From Bacteroidales bacterium (lineage in GTDB: Bacteria; Bacteroidota; Bacteroidia; Bacteroidales; UBA1402): 64,000 nt of DNA. Of the stretch, positions 20,487 to 28,986 are shown piece by piece (the stretch's first letter is position 1; every line of letters begins with the position of its first letter). Below the pieces are notes generated by a model that saw only the letters and a list, made by a program, of their open reading frames with translations, made no database searches and had not been told where the DNA came from. The DNA is taken from assembly GCA_017380635.1 (NCBI GenBank), contig JAFODP010000008.1, positions 49,199 through 113,198 on the forward strand, in the 5' to 3' direction. Position numbers and translations under genes: made by a program.

Positions 20487-21203
20487 ATGGCTCTTCTGCA
20501 TATCATCACGCCCGTCAAGGATTCCATTGATAGTACGCGACAAACCATTGCCGCAGTGAGTGGGTCGACCTTGGACATTCCTTACAGCTATCGTATTTTC
20601 AACGATTACAGCAGCGAGGAAAACACCGCCATTCTGCAGCAACTTTCGCAAGAATATGCTTTCGATTTGGTGAATCTAAAAGAGCTCACCGATCATCCTT
20701 CGCCCAATTATCGCCTGACTTTGCAACTTTCGCAAGAACGCGCTTTGGCGGAAGAAGCTTATTTGCTGCTGATTGAATCGGATGTGGTGGTAAAGCATGA
20801 CACTTTGCAGAAAATGTATCAATGCGCACAATCGCAAGAAAAAGCCGGCATGGTGGCCGCCGTCACCGTGGACGAAAAGGGCGACATCAACTTTCCTTAT
20901 CTTTACGCGCAGAAATGGTCGCGCCGCACGCACAAAACCAACAAACGTCTGAGTTTCTGCTGCACTTTGCTGACGCCCGCGTTTCTGAAAGCCATCGATT
21001 TCCACGAATTGGATCCGGAGAAAAATTGGTACGATGTGTTTATTTCGCATCAATCTTGCGCGCTTGGCTTCGACAATTTCCTGATGTGCGACAACACCGT
21101 TTTGCATAAACCGCACGGCAGCCGTCCTTGGAAACAGTTGAAATACACGCATCCGCTTAAATATTATTGGTTGAAATTTACCAAAGGGCTCGATAAAATC
21201 TAA
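20487..21203 (+). CDS. Glycosyltransferase family 2-like protein
   Basis: Resembles a GT-A fold: LHIITPVKDSIDST...IFNDYSSEENT...LLLIESDVVV. The assignment is weaker than for the next gene. Starts 3 nt after the previous stop. Confidence 0.55.
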   Translation: MALLHIITPVKDSIDSTRQTIAAVSGSTLDIPYSYRIFNDYSSEENTAILQQLSQEYAFDLVNLKELTDHPSPNYRLTLQLSQERALAEEAYLLLIESDVVVKHDTLQKMYQCAQSQEKAGMVAAVTVDEKGDINFPYLYAQKWSRRTHKTNKRLSFCCTLLTPAFLKAIDFHELDPEKNWYDVFISHQSCALGFDNFLMCDNTVLHKPHGSRPWKQLKYTHPLKYYWLKFTKGLDKI

Positions 21204-21206
21204 GAC

Positions 21207-22700
21207 ATGGCAAGCGAATCTACCTTTGTATCTGTCGTAGTGCCCATCTATAATATGCAGCGCTACCTAGCCGAAACCATCACTTCCATCCTGGCTTCGC
21301 ATTACGATGCCTTCGAAGTAATCCTCATGGACGATGGTTCGCAAGACGATTCTTTGGCCATCGCCCGCGAATTTGCCCAAAAAGATTCGCGCATCAAGGT
21401 ATTTTCGCAAAGCAATGCCGGTGCTTCTGCCGCACGCAATCACGCCATTCGTCTGGCACAAGGTCCTTATATTCTGCCAGTTGATGCCGACAACAATATC
21501 ACGCCCGATTATATCCGCGAAGCGGCCGCTTATTTAGATGCGCATCCCGAAGTAAAAGTGGTGAGCTGTCAGGTGGACTATTGCGGCGACAAATCGGGCC
21601 CGATGCATTTTGTGCCTTTCAGCCTGCCGATGCTGGCGCGCAAGAACATGATAGACAATTGCGCCATGTATCGCAAGCAAGATTGGGAAGCTTGCGGTGG
21701 CTATACCGAACACATCAAAGGAAGAGAAGATTGGGCTTTCTGGATTGCCATGTTCAAAAGGGGCGGCGAGTTTCATCGTCTGCCAATGCTGGGATTTCAT
21801 TACCGCGTGCATGCCAATTCCAAACGCAAAGCTACACAAAAACGCAAACATCAACTTATCGAAGAACTGAACGAATTGCATCCCGAATTTTACGAAGCCA
21901 TGCTGCTGGGACCTTTGCATTATCATCGTTCCTGGTCGAAGTTCCTGAATGTTTGTCATCGTTGCTTGCATCCGCGCAAATGGAAAGTGTCCGAAGCCTA
22001 CCCTGCCCTAGAAATGTTCGTCAAAACTTTGCCGCGTCAGTTTGAGTACAACAAAGGTGAAATCATTTACCAAGGTCGTAACGAACTGAGACGCTTCGAG
22101 ATAGATGGAAAAAGTTATGTAATAAAATCGTTCCGAAAACCCAATCTGGCCAATCGCATCGCCTACGGGTTCCTGCGTAAATCCAAGGCACAACGATCGT
22201 ACGAATACGCCGAAAAACTTTTGCAACTGGGCATTCTCACACCGCAGCCCGTGGCTTATTATCAAGAACGCAGCGGCTTGCTTTTCGACAAGAGTTATTA
22301 TGTCAGCTTGGCTTCTGAAAAGACGATACATTTCAAGGACATCGATAGTTTGAGCCCCGAACAGCAAGATTGTTTCCTGAAAGCCGTAGGCATTCTCACC
22401 GCCCGTTTGCACGAAGCCGGCATCTATCACAAAGATTATTCCGGTGGAAATATTCTGGTAAGTTTTCATCATGAAGAAGCGCAGCCTTTGCAAGCCGAAC
22501 TGGAAATTCTCGATTTGAACCGCATGCGCTTTGGAAAAGTTTCAGTAGAGCGCGGCTGTGCGAATTTCGACCGATTCCATATCAACGAGGAAGCACTCAA
22601 AGTTATGGTAACAGCCTACGCCCAGGCACGTGGCGCCGACACGGAAACCTGCATAGAGAAAGCGCTTTATTATCATCGTCTAAGCCACCCACAAGCATAA
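21207..22700 (+). CDS. Fusion protein: N-terminal GT2 glycosyltransferase + C-terminal lipopolysaccharide kinase (Kdo/WaaP/InaA family) domain
   Basis: N-terminus: VSVVVPIYNMQRYLAETITSIL...VILMDDGSQDDS...LPVDADN. C-terminus: IYQGRNELRRFEIDGKSYVIKSF...LHEAGIYHKDYSGGNILV...EILDLNRMRF. Confidence 0.75.
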   Translation: MASESTFVSVVVPIYNMQRYLAETITSILASHYDAFEVILMDDGSQDDSLAIAREFAQKDSRIKVFSQSNAGASAARNHAIRLAQGPYILPVDADNNITPDYIREAAAYLDAHPEVKVVSCQVDYCGDKSGPMHFVPFSLPMLARKNMIDNCAMYRKQDWEACGGYTEHIKGREDWAFWIAMFKRGGEFHRLPMLGFHYRVHANSKRKATQKRKHQLIEELNELHPEFYEAMLLGPLHYHRSWSKFLNVCHRCLHPRKWKVSEAYPALEMFVKTLPRQFEYNKGEIIYQGRNELRRFEIDGKSYVIKSFRKPNLANRIAYGFLRKSKAQRSYEYAEKLLQLGILTPQPVAYYQERSGLLFDKSYYVSLASEKTIHFKDIDSLSPEQQDCFLKAVGILTARLHEAGIYHKDYSGGNILVSFHHEEAQPLQAELEILDLNRMRFGKVSVERGCANFDRFHINEEALKVMVTAYAQARGADTETCIEKALYYHRLSHPQA

Positions 22701-22781
22701 AAAAATTGGCACGACTGCGATGAGCCATGCCAATATTCTTGAAGCGGAAATCTTCCGCGTTACTGCCAAAAGTACTGAAAC

Positions 22782-23174
22782 TTACAAAGCTTGTCTGATT
22801 TTTTCGGCAATCGCCTGCATCTGTTCGGGCGAGAATTGTTTTTTCGGATTGGTGAAAATCATATCCTTTTCTGTCTTGATGGGCACCAGATGAATGTGTG
22901 CATGAGGCACTTCCAAACCCAACACAGCCACCGCCACGCGCTGACAATCGATGCTGGCTTTCAAAGCCTTGGCAATTTGTTTGGCAAACACCATAATATC
23001 GGCTATCGTTTCATCATCGTAGTCGAAAAGATAATCTTGTTCTTGCTTGGGAATCACCAAAGTATGACCTTCTTGCAAAGGATTGATATCCAAGAAAGCA
23101 AAAAATCGTTCGTTTTCTGCAATTTTATAACAGGGAATTTCGCCTGCGATAATGCGTGAAAAAATGCTTGCCAT
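22782..23174 (-). CDS. HIT (histidine triad) family protein
   Basis: GHTLVIPK and the triad HAHIHLVP. The track start at 23180 is TTG, so ATG at 23174 (MASIFSRII) is preferred. Confidence 0.88.
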   Translation of the reverse strand: MASIFSRIIAGEIPCYKIAENERFFAFLDINPLQEGHTLVIPKQEQDYLFDYDDETIADIMVFAKQIAKALKASIDCQRVAVAVLGLEVPHAHIHLVPIKTEKDMIFTNPKKQFSPEQMQAIAEKIRQAL

Positions 23175-23185
23175 AAACAAATAAA

Positions 23186-23659
23186 TTAGTCGATAGTGAT
23201 ATTCTTGATAGTAAAAGTGAGCACGCCGGCAGGAACGTTAACATCCACGGTTTCACCCACTTTGTGACCCAAGAGACCTTTAGCGATAGGCGAACCTACA
23301 GAAATCTTCTTTTCGCGCAGATTGGCTTCCGTTTCGGGCACGATGGTGTAAGCAATTTCCTGGTTGTTCTTCACGTTGAGCAAATGAACCTTGGTAAGAA
23401 TCTGCACCGTGCTGGTATCAATTTTGCTAGGATCCAAAATACGGGCGTTCACCACCAACTCTTTCAATTGAGCAATTTTCAACTCGAGCATACCTTGTGC
23501 TTCTTTGGCCGCATCGTATTCGGCATTTTCAGAAAGGTCGCCCTTTTCGCGTGCTTCAGAAATCTGCTGAGCCACTTCGGGACGCTTCACGGTTTCGAGG
23601 AACTCGATTTCCTCTTGCAGTTTTTTGTAACCGCTTTCGGTCATGTAATTGATAGCCAT
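23186..23659 (-). CDS. greA: Transcription elongation factor GreA
   Basis: 157 aa with a GreA coiled-coil (REKGDLSENAEYDAAKEAQ) and a C-terminal globular domain. Confidence 0.92.
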   Translation of the reverse strand: MAINYMTESGYKKLQEEIEFLETVKRPEVAQQISEAREKGDLSENAEYDAAKEAQGMLELKIAQLKELVVNARILDPSKIDTSTVQILTKVHLLNVKNNQEIAYTIVPETEANLREKKISVGSPIAKGLLGHKVGETVDVNVPAGVLTFTIKNITID

Positions 23660-23809
23660 CTTATTTTTTGATAAAATTTGTTAATACTATTTCCACAACA
23701 AACAGAAAAAGAATCCCGGCCGGCATCTTACCGGTCGGAACCCAAATCATCATACGCAGGCAAAAGTAGTTAAAGTTTTGAGTATAAAAAACTTTATACC
23801 TAAATATTT

Positions 23810-24967
23810 TTACTTTCTGAGCAAATCGACAATTTCTTTAGCCAAATCCTTGATGGTCTCGTCGCGGGCCACCAAATGACCTTCTTTATCGATGAGGAAG
23901 AAGGTAGGAATCTGCTGCACATTATACATACGCAAGTAAGGCGATGCCAAACTTCTGCTGTCGCGTACGCAAACCCAGGGCAAATTCAAAGCCGAAGTTT
24001 TCCAGAAATGTTCGTCGGTATCGAGCGACACTTGGTAGATTTCGAAACCGCGACCTTCGAACTGCTGATACAATTCGCGCATCTGCAAAGTGCGAGCAGC
24101 CGAATAATCGGTCTGATAAGCCGTAAAATCGAGCAGAATCACCTTGCCTTCCAAATCGGACAAAGCCTGTTTTTCGCCGAAAATATTGGGCAACGCGATG
24201 GGGAAATACGACAAATATTCTATTTCGTTGATAATGATATCCTGTTGCGGAGCAGCCTCAGCTTCACGCTGTTTGCGAATATCGGCCAAACCAGAGAGCG
24301 TCAATTGTTTCAGGTTCTGGGTACGCTTGGCCTGCGGATAGAACAATTCCCAAGAGGTGGCTACGGCAGCAAACAATTTAGAATCTTCCTTGTCGCTGGG
24401 ATTGAAAATAAGATAGCGATGCAGACGCTGATACAGCGCATAATAAGCTGCCGGCGATTTCGGATCGTTATAAATATAGTTGGTAGCTTCGGTTTTGTAT
24501 TCTTCCACGCAAGCCAACATCTGCGCCAAACAATCTTCGCGTTTCAATTTACCTGATACCCAAAGCGCATCGATGGAATCGAACTTGGCCAAAGTTTGTT
24601 TTTGCAACAGGAACAATTCGCGCAAATATTGCGTTTGCAAAGATCCTTCTACCAGATAATTCGTGTTGAATTGAGCGGAATCTGTTTTGATAACAATCTG
24701 ACAAACAGAATCTACCGCAAGAGGAATGCTTTGTTTTCCCAAACGGAGACGATAAAACTCGGGGCTTTCGGGCATAGCCTGTTTGAAAGAGAATTTTCCG
24801 TCGGCCTTCAACACCACAGAGTCAAGCAATTGAGTGCCTTCCAAAGATTGCCACTCGAAATAAAGCGTTTGCTTCTCTGCATTTTCCACGCAACCTTCCA
24901 CGCTGAAACGGTCTTGGCAAGCCGTAAGCAACAAAAGCAAAGAGCAAGCAAAAAGTAATTTTTTCAT
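23810..24967 (-). CDS. TlpA/AhpC-like thioredoxin-fold lipoprotein with DUF4369-type N-terminal domain; CXXC motif absent
   Basis: Lipobox LLLLTAC/QD. The C-terminal thioredoxin fold reads GKVILLDFTAYQTDYSAAR where relatives have DFWASWCGPCR. Confidence 0.7.
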   Translation of the reverse strand: MKKLLFACSLLLLLTACQDRFSVEGCVENAEKQTLYFEWQSLEGTQLLDSVVLKADGKFSFKQAMPESPEFYRLRLGKQSIPLAVDSVCQIVIKTDSAQFNTNYLVEGSLQTQYLRELFLLQKQTLAKFDSIDALWVSGKLKREDCLAQMLACVEEYKTEATNYIYNDPKSPAAYYALYQRLHRYLIFNPSDKEDSKLFAAVATSWELFYPQAKRTQNLKQLTLSGLADIRKQREAEAAPQQDIIINEIEYLSYFPIALPNIFGEKQALSDLEGKVILLDFTAYQTDYSAARTLQMRELYQQFEGRGFEIYQVSLDTDEHFWKTSALNLPWVCVRDSRSLASPYLRMYNVQQIPTFFLIDKEGHLVARDETIKDLAKEIVDLLRK

Positions 24968-24979
24968 ATTATTTGATGT

Positions 24980-25858
24980 TTATTTATTGACAAAACGAGC
25001 ATACACACTCAAAGGAAGTCGACGGCCGGCACGATCCACAAAACTTAAATCACCATTTTCAACTTCTTGAGCATTAGGAAAATAACACTTAATTAAATTG
25101 TCGGCCACCCAAGAAGAGAAGCCCATGGAATAAAGATTCAGAATCAGGAAACCATGCTGCGGATCGAGCAATTGCGAACAAGCTTCCATGAGCGGCGCGA
25201 TGCCTTCTTCCAACACCCATTTTTCACCTTTCGGGCCACGGCCATAAGCCGGCGGGTCCATGATAATGCCCTGATAACGCTTGCCGCGCTTGGCTTCGCG
25301 ACGCACATATTGCAAAGCATCTTCCAGCATCCAGCGGATATTGTTCTGGTTGGAAGCTTCCATATTTTCGTGCGCCCAATTGAGCACCTGTTTCACGGCA
25401 TCCAAATGCGTCACATCGGCACCGGCAGCCTTGGCCGCCAAAGAAGCGCCGCCCGTATAAGCAAAGAGATTCAGCACTTTAGGAGCCTCGGCAGCCTGAT
25501 AATTTTTCAGATTGTCGTAGATAAAATTCCAGTTGTAAGCCTGTTCGGGGAAAATGCCCACATGCTTGAACGAAGTCATTCCCAGACGAAAACGCAGCTT
25601 CATATCTTGCGGACGATAGGAAATCCACCACTGATCGGGCATGGACGAACGCTTTTGCCATTGGCCGCGTTCTTCGCTGGCATTGGCCGAACTTCGCTTG
25701 AAATAGGCATCGGCAGCTTGCCAGTCTTTTTCCGGCAAAGCCTTTTTCCATACGGCTTGCGGCTCGGGACGACGCAGCACATAAGCGCCAAAACGTTCCA
25801 ATTTCTCGAAATCGCCACTGTCTATCAATTCGTAATCTTTTCCGAAATCTACTACCAT
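24980..25858 (-). CDS. Class I SAM-dependent methyltransferase (RlmI/COG1092-like)
   Basis: VLNLFAYTGGASLAAKAAGA-VTHLD and IIMDPPAYGRGPKGE. Confidence 0.7.
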   Translation of the reverse strand: MVVDFGKDYELIDSGDFEKLERFGAYVLRRPEPQAVWKKALPEKDWQAADAYFKRSSANASEERGQWQKRSSMPDQWWISYRPQDMKLRFRLGMTSFKHVGIFPEQAYNWNFIYDNLKNYQAAEAPKVLNLFAYTGGASLAAKAAGADVTHLDAVKQVLNWAHENMEASNQNNIRWMLEDALQYVRREAKRGKRYQGIIMDPPAYGRGPKGEKWVLEEGIAPLMEACSQLLDPQHGFLILNLYSMGFSSWVADNLIKCYFPNAQEVENGDLSFVDRAGRRLPLSVYARFVNK

Positions 25859-25904
25859 CGTCCTAAAAATTTTCTGAAAGCTGCAAAGTTAATACATTTT
25901 TATG

Positions 25905-25912
25905 TAACTTTG
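25905..25912 (+). promoter_or_regulatory. Bacteroidota -7 promoter box (TAACTTTG) for metK
   Basis: Exact match to TAnnTTTG about 115-125 nt upstream of the metK start. No clean -33 TTTG was seen. Confidence 0.5.
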
Positions 25913-25914
25913 CG

Positions 25915-25975
25915 GCGTTTTTGTGGAAGGATTTGAACGCTTGCAACCACGTGAAAAAAATGCTAAAGACTCACG
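25915..25975 (+). promoter_or_regulatory. Structured metK 5' leader, candidate SAM-responsive riboswitch (SAM-II-like blocks)
   Basis: GCGUUUUU-GUGG (25915-25926) can pair with CCAC...AAAAAUGC (25947-25963). The enclosed and trailing sequence GGAUUUGAACGCUUGCAACC...AAAAAAAUGCUAAAG recalls the U-rich, GCUU and A-rich-GCUAAAG blocks of SAM-II as I remember them. GGAAGG (25925-25930) is complementary to CCUUCC (25986-25991). No covariance model was run. Confidence 0.35.
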
Positions 25976-26027
25976 CAAACTTTCCCCTTCCCTATAACTT
26001 TATGTTTTACCTGCCAAATGGCTATAA

Positions 26028-27302
26028 ATGAATGATGTTATGGGATATTTGTTTACCTCAGAATCCGTGTCGGAAGGACATCCCGACAAAGTAGCAGACC
26101 AGATTTCAGACGCGCTTGTCGATCGTTTTCTGGCTTACGACCCTCAATCTAAAACCGCTTGCGAAACCATGGTGACTACCGGCCAGGTGGTTGTCGTTGG
26201 CGAAGTTAAGTCTAAAGCTTATGTAGATGTGCCCGAAGTGGCCCGTCAAGTGATTAACAAAATCGGTTATACCAAGAGCGAATATCAGTTTGATGCTTCG
26301 TCTTGCGGTATTTTGTCGGCTTTGCACGAACAATCGGAAGATATCAACCGCGGCGTGGATGGCGCTGCTCAGGTAGATCCGATGAATCAGGGCGCCGGCG
26401 ACCAAGGTATGATGTTTGGTTACGCTTGCAAAGACACCGATAGTTATATGCCGCTGCCGCTGGATTTGTCGCACCGCCTGTTGTTGGCTTTGGCCGAAAT
26501 TCGTCGCGAAGGCAAGGAAATGACCTACCTGCGTCCCGACTCGAAATCGCAAGTAACCGTTGAATACGACGATAACGGCAATCCTTTGCGCATTCACACC
26601 ATCGTTATCTCTACCCAGCACGACGAATTCTTGCCCGACGACAAGGCCATGCTCGACCAGATTTACGCCGATGTAAAGAATATTCTGCTGCCTCGCGTTT
26701 TCAATGCCGATGCCAAAATCAAAGCCCTGCTCGACGACAAACTTATTTTGTGGGTGAATCCCACGGGAAAATTCGTGATTGGTGGTCCTCACGGCGATAG
26801 CGGCCTCACCGGACGCAAAATCATCGTCGATACTTATGGTGGTAAAGGTGCTCATGGTGGCGGTGCATTCTCCGGAAAAGACCCCTCGAAAGTAGACCGT
26901 TCTGCTGCTTACGCGGCCCGTCATATTGCTAAAAACTTGGTAGCTGCCGGCGTGGCCGACGAAATGCTGATCCAAGTTTCTTACGCCATCGGTGTGGCCG
27001 AACCCGTGAATATTTACGTGAACACTTACGGCAAGTCGAATGTAGCCATCAGCGACGGCGAGATTGCCCAAAAAGTGGCCGAAATTTTCGACCTTCGTCC
27101 CAAGGCTATCGAAGAACGCCTGCAATTGCGCAAACCCATCTACACGGAAACGGCTGCCTACGGCCACTTCGGACGCGAACCGCAGAAAATCACCAAGCAT
27201 TTCCGCTCGCGCTACGAAGGCGACATCGACATCGAAGTAGAACTCTTCACCTGGGAAAAACTCGACTACGTCGACAAAGTAAAAACCGCTTTCGGGTTGT
27301 AA
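26028..27302 (+). CDS. metK: S-adenosylmethionine synthase
   Basis: [35 protein letters not shown] and [22 protein letters not shown] at 26040 (MGYLFTSE) is an alternative start. Confidence 0.95.
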   Translation: MNDVMGYLFTSESVSEGHPDKVADQISDALVDRFLAYDPQSKTACETMVTTGQVVVVGEVKSKAYVDVPEVARQVINKIGYTKSEYQFDASSCGILSALHEQSEDINRGVDGAAQVDPMNQGAGDQGMMFGYACKDTDSYMPLPLDLSHRLLLALAEIRREGKEMTYLRPDSKSQVTVEYDDNGNPLRIHTIVISTQHDEFLPDDKAMLDQIYADVKNILLPRVFNADAKIKALLDDKLILWVNPTGKFVIGGPHGDSGLTGRKIIVDTYGGKGAHGGGAFSGKDPSKVDRSAAYAARHIAKNLVAAGVADEMLIQVSYAIGVAEPVNIYVNTYGKSNVAISDGEIAQKVAEIFDLRPKAIEERLQLRKPIYTETAAYGHFGREPQKITKHFRSRYEGDIDIEVELFTWEKLDYVDKVKTAFGL

Positions 27303-27325
27303 AGAAAGACATTAATCCTATTTGT

Positions 27326-27356
27326 AGAGTCACTTTCGGGTGACTCTATTTTTTAT
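27326..27356 (+). terminator. Rho-independent terminator after metK
   Basis: AGAGTCAC-tttcgg-GTGACTCT is a perfect 8-bp stem, followed by ATTTTTTA. Confidence 0.8.
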
Positions 27357-27371
27357 ACCACTCCTTATTAT

Positions 27372-28001
27372 TTACAACTCGCCTTGTTCGATTTTGGTGG
27401 CAATTTTTTCGATGAGAGCGTCTTTGCCGTCGGGATTGTAGTCCATTTTGAGGTCGGCAGTGAATAGGCGGGCAATGGCTTGCCAGAAGTCGGCAGCGAA
27501 GTTGCCCAAATAGGCTTGCAGAATTTCGTAAGGTGTTGAGTTACATTCGCGTACAATAAGCTTCAAGAGAACTTTTCCCTGACTGTAGGTCATTTTGCGC
27601 AACACAGGTTCGTACTCTTTCACCAAATCTTTTTCCATCTTTCGCAGGTGTTTTTCGCGTTCTTCTTGCGTGGGCAGCGTGCGGATATACTCGGTGGTTT
27701 CAATCATCGTGCTTGCAGCCAACTTAGCCAATGGCAGACACTTACGCACGTCGCGCACCAATTTCCAATAATAACGTTCTTGCTTGGCCGACATATTTCC
27801 GTCGTTGCCATATTTAACATAGGGACGCAACAAAATAGTAGGAATGGTATCGCCCGCAATATCAATATAGGCAGGAACACGCTGATTGCGAGAAATTTGC
27901 TTTTCGCTTTGAGGAGAAAACTCCGTTTGAGAATAAGACACAAAAACCTTCGCCAACAAACATAGCAGGCAGCCTATTTTTATGTATCGTATTCCTTTCA
28001 T
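27372..28001 (-). CDS. DUF4294 family secreted protein
   Basis: Signal peptide ...VFVSYS/QT. Central block ERYYWKLVRDVRKCLPLAKLAA...MTYSQGKVLLKLIVRECN resembles DUF4294. Confidence 0.6.
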   Translation of the reverse strand: MKGIRYIKIGCLLCLLAKVFVSYSQTEFSPQSEKQISRNQRVPAYIDIAGDTIPTILLRPYVKYGNDGNMSAKQERYYWKLVRDVRKCLPLAKLAASTMIETTEYIRTLPTQEEREKHLRKMEKDLVKEYEPVLRKMTYSQGKVLLKLIVRECNSTPYEILQAYLGNFAADFWQAIARLFTADLKMDYNPDGKDALIEKIATKIEQGEL

Positions 28002-28132
28002 GTTTTTCTAATGATCTTGGGGACGAAGATACGGCAAAAGATGCATAATCTTGTCTTCTTGGTTGCAAGTTTGCGTTTTTTCACTTTGAGTTACTATTTT
28101 TTCTCCTCAGTTATTTTTATGAAGCGAGAGTG

Positions 28133-28165
28133 TTTGCAAAAGGCTGCTTGGTCATCTTAATTTTG
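28133..28165 (+). promoter_or_regulatory. Bacteroidota-type promoter (TTTG-N21-TAATTTTG)
   Basis: TTTG at 28133-28136 and TAATTTTG at 28158-28165, about 40-50 nt upstream of the 28204/28213 start. Confidence 0.55.
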
Positions 28166-28203
28166 CAGCAACCAATACGTCTATACCGACAGCCTTATGA
28201 TAG

Positions 28204-28986
28204 ATGCTCGAAATGAAAACACTGATTCTTTTCGTCGGCTTGCTCCTACCCTTGTTTGTAGCAGCTCAGATTAGTTCTCCTTCGTGGATTTTAGGCGACA
28301 CCCGCAGCTTGGCTTTGGGCGAAAACGACTGCGCGGCAGAGCATTATGCACCCATCGATAGTACATTGCATGAGCATGCTTGGCAATGGCAAACGTATGT
28401 ACCTTACTTACAGGGCGCATTGTGGCAAAATACACTTGCTTATCAATATCAGAAATCGACAGGACGCTTGCGTTGCGACCTAGCTCTTGATGGTCATGAT
28501 TGGCTTCGCTTGGGACTTCGTAAAGAACATCTTTTCAGCGATTATTGGCAAGCGGGCTTAGCACTGCACTATGGATATTGGACAAAAGCGAGCGCTTCGG
28601 CGAGTTTGTTGGAAGGTCATTGCTTGTATCGTCCTCGTCCTTACTGGCAAATTCATGTATTGCTTTGGCATTTGGCATGGTGGCAGAAAAAAGATGGCGC
28701 ATGGCAAAGCGGGTTTCAACTTGCAGGCATGTACGAAAATGAGCGTTTAAGCCTCTGCGCTGCTTTAGCTTACGATGGAAAACAGCCTTTATCTTCGCAT
28801 TACGGACTTGCGTTCACGTTTGAGAAAGCCTCTGTGCAATTGGGTTGTAGCTTGCCGCAAGCGCGTCCTTCTGTTGGAGTAAGCTGGCCATTCAAACAAT
28901 TGAGATTGGATTCAGCCTTGGTTTACGATTGGCATTTGGGATTATCCGCCTGCTTGGGCATCAGCTACCATTACCGCCATGAATAA
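28204..28986 (+). CDS. Trp/His-rich secreted protein, probable small outer-membrane beta-barrel (unknown family)
   Basis: Signal peptide MKTLILFVGLLLPLFVAA/QI (probable start ATG 28213). Alternating aromatic/polar strands (GLALHYGYW, WQIHVLLWHLAWW, LGLSACLGISYHY). The 3' end overlaps the next start by 8 nt. Confidence 0.5.
   Translation: MLEMKTLILFVGLLLPLFVAAQISSPSWILGDTRSLALGENDCAAEHYAPIDSTLHEHAWQWQTYVPYLQGALWQNTLAYQYQKSTGRLRCDLALDGHDWLRLGLRKEHLFSDYWQAGLALHYGYWTKASASASLLEGHCLYRPRPYWQIHVLLWHLAWWQKKDGAWQSGFQLAGMYENERLSLCAALAYDGKQPLSSHYGLAFTFEKASVQLGCSLPQARPSVGVSWPFKQLRLDSALVYDWHLGLSACLGISYHYRHE

Noticed and set aside
22701-22781. Two hairpins between the convergent GT2-kinase and HIT genes: ATTGGCA...TGCCAAT at 22705-22734 and GCGGAA-atc-TTCCGC at 22744-22758.
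   Set aside because: They are probably transcription stop structures. Neither is followed by a clear T-tract on either strand, so I do not call them intrinsic terminators with confidence.
23660-23809. 150-nt greA upstream region with a TACTTTTG box (minus strand, about 23760-23770) and a CCGGCCGG...CCGGTCGG hairpin, considered as a possible leader RNA.
   Set aside because: It is only a single short GC hairpin with no recognisable motif. This is insufficient to claim a regulatory RNA without comparative data.
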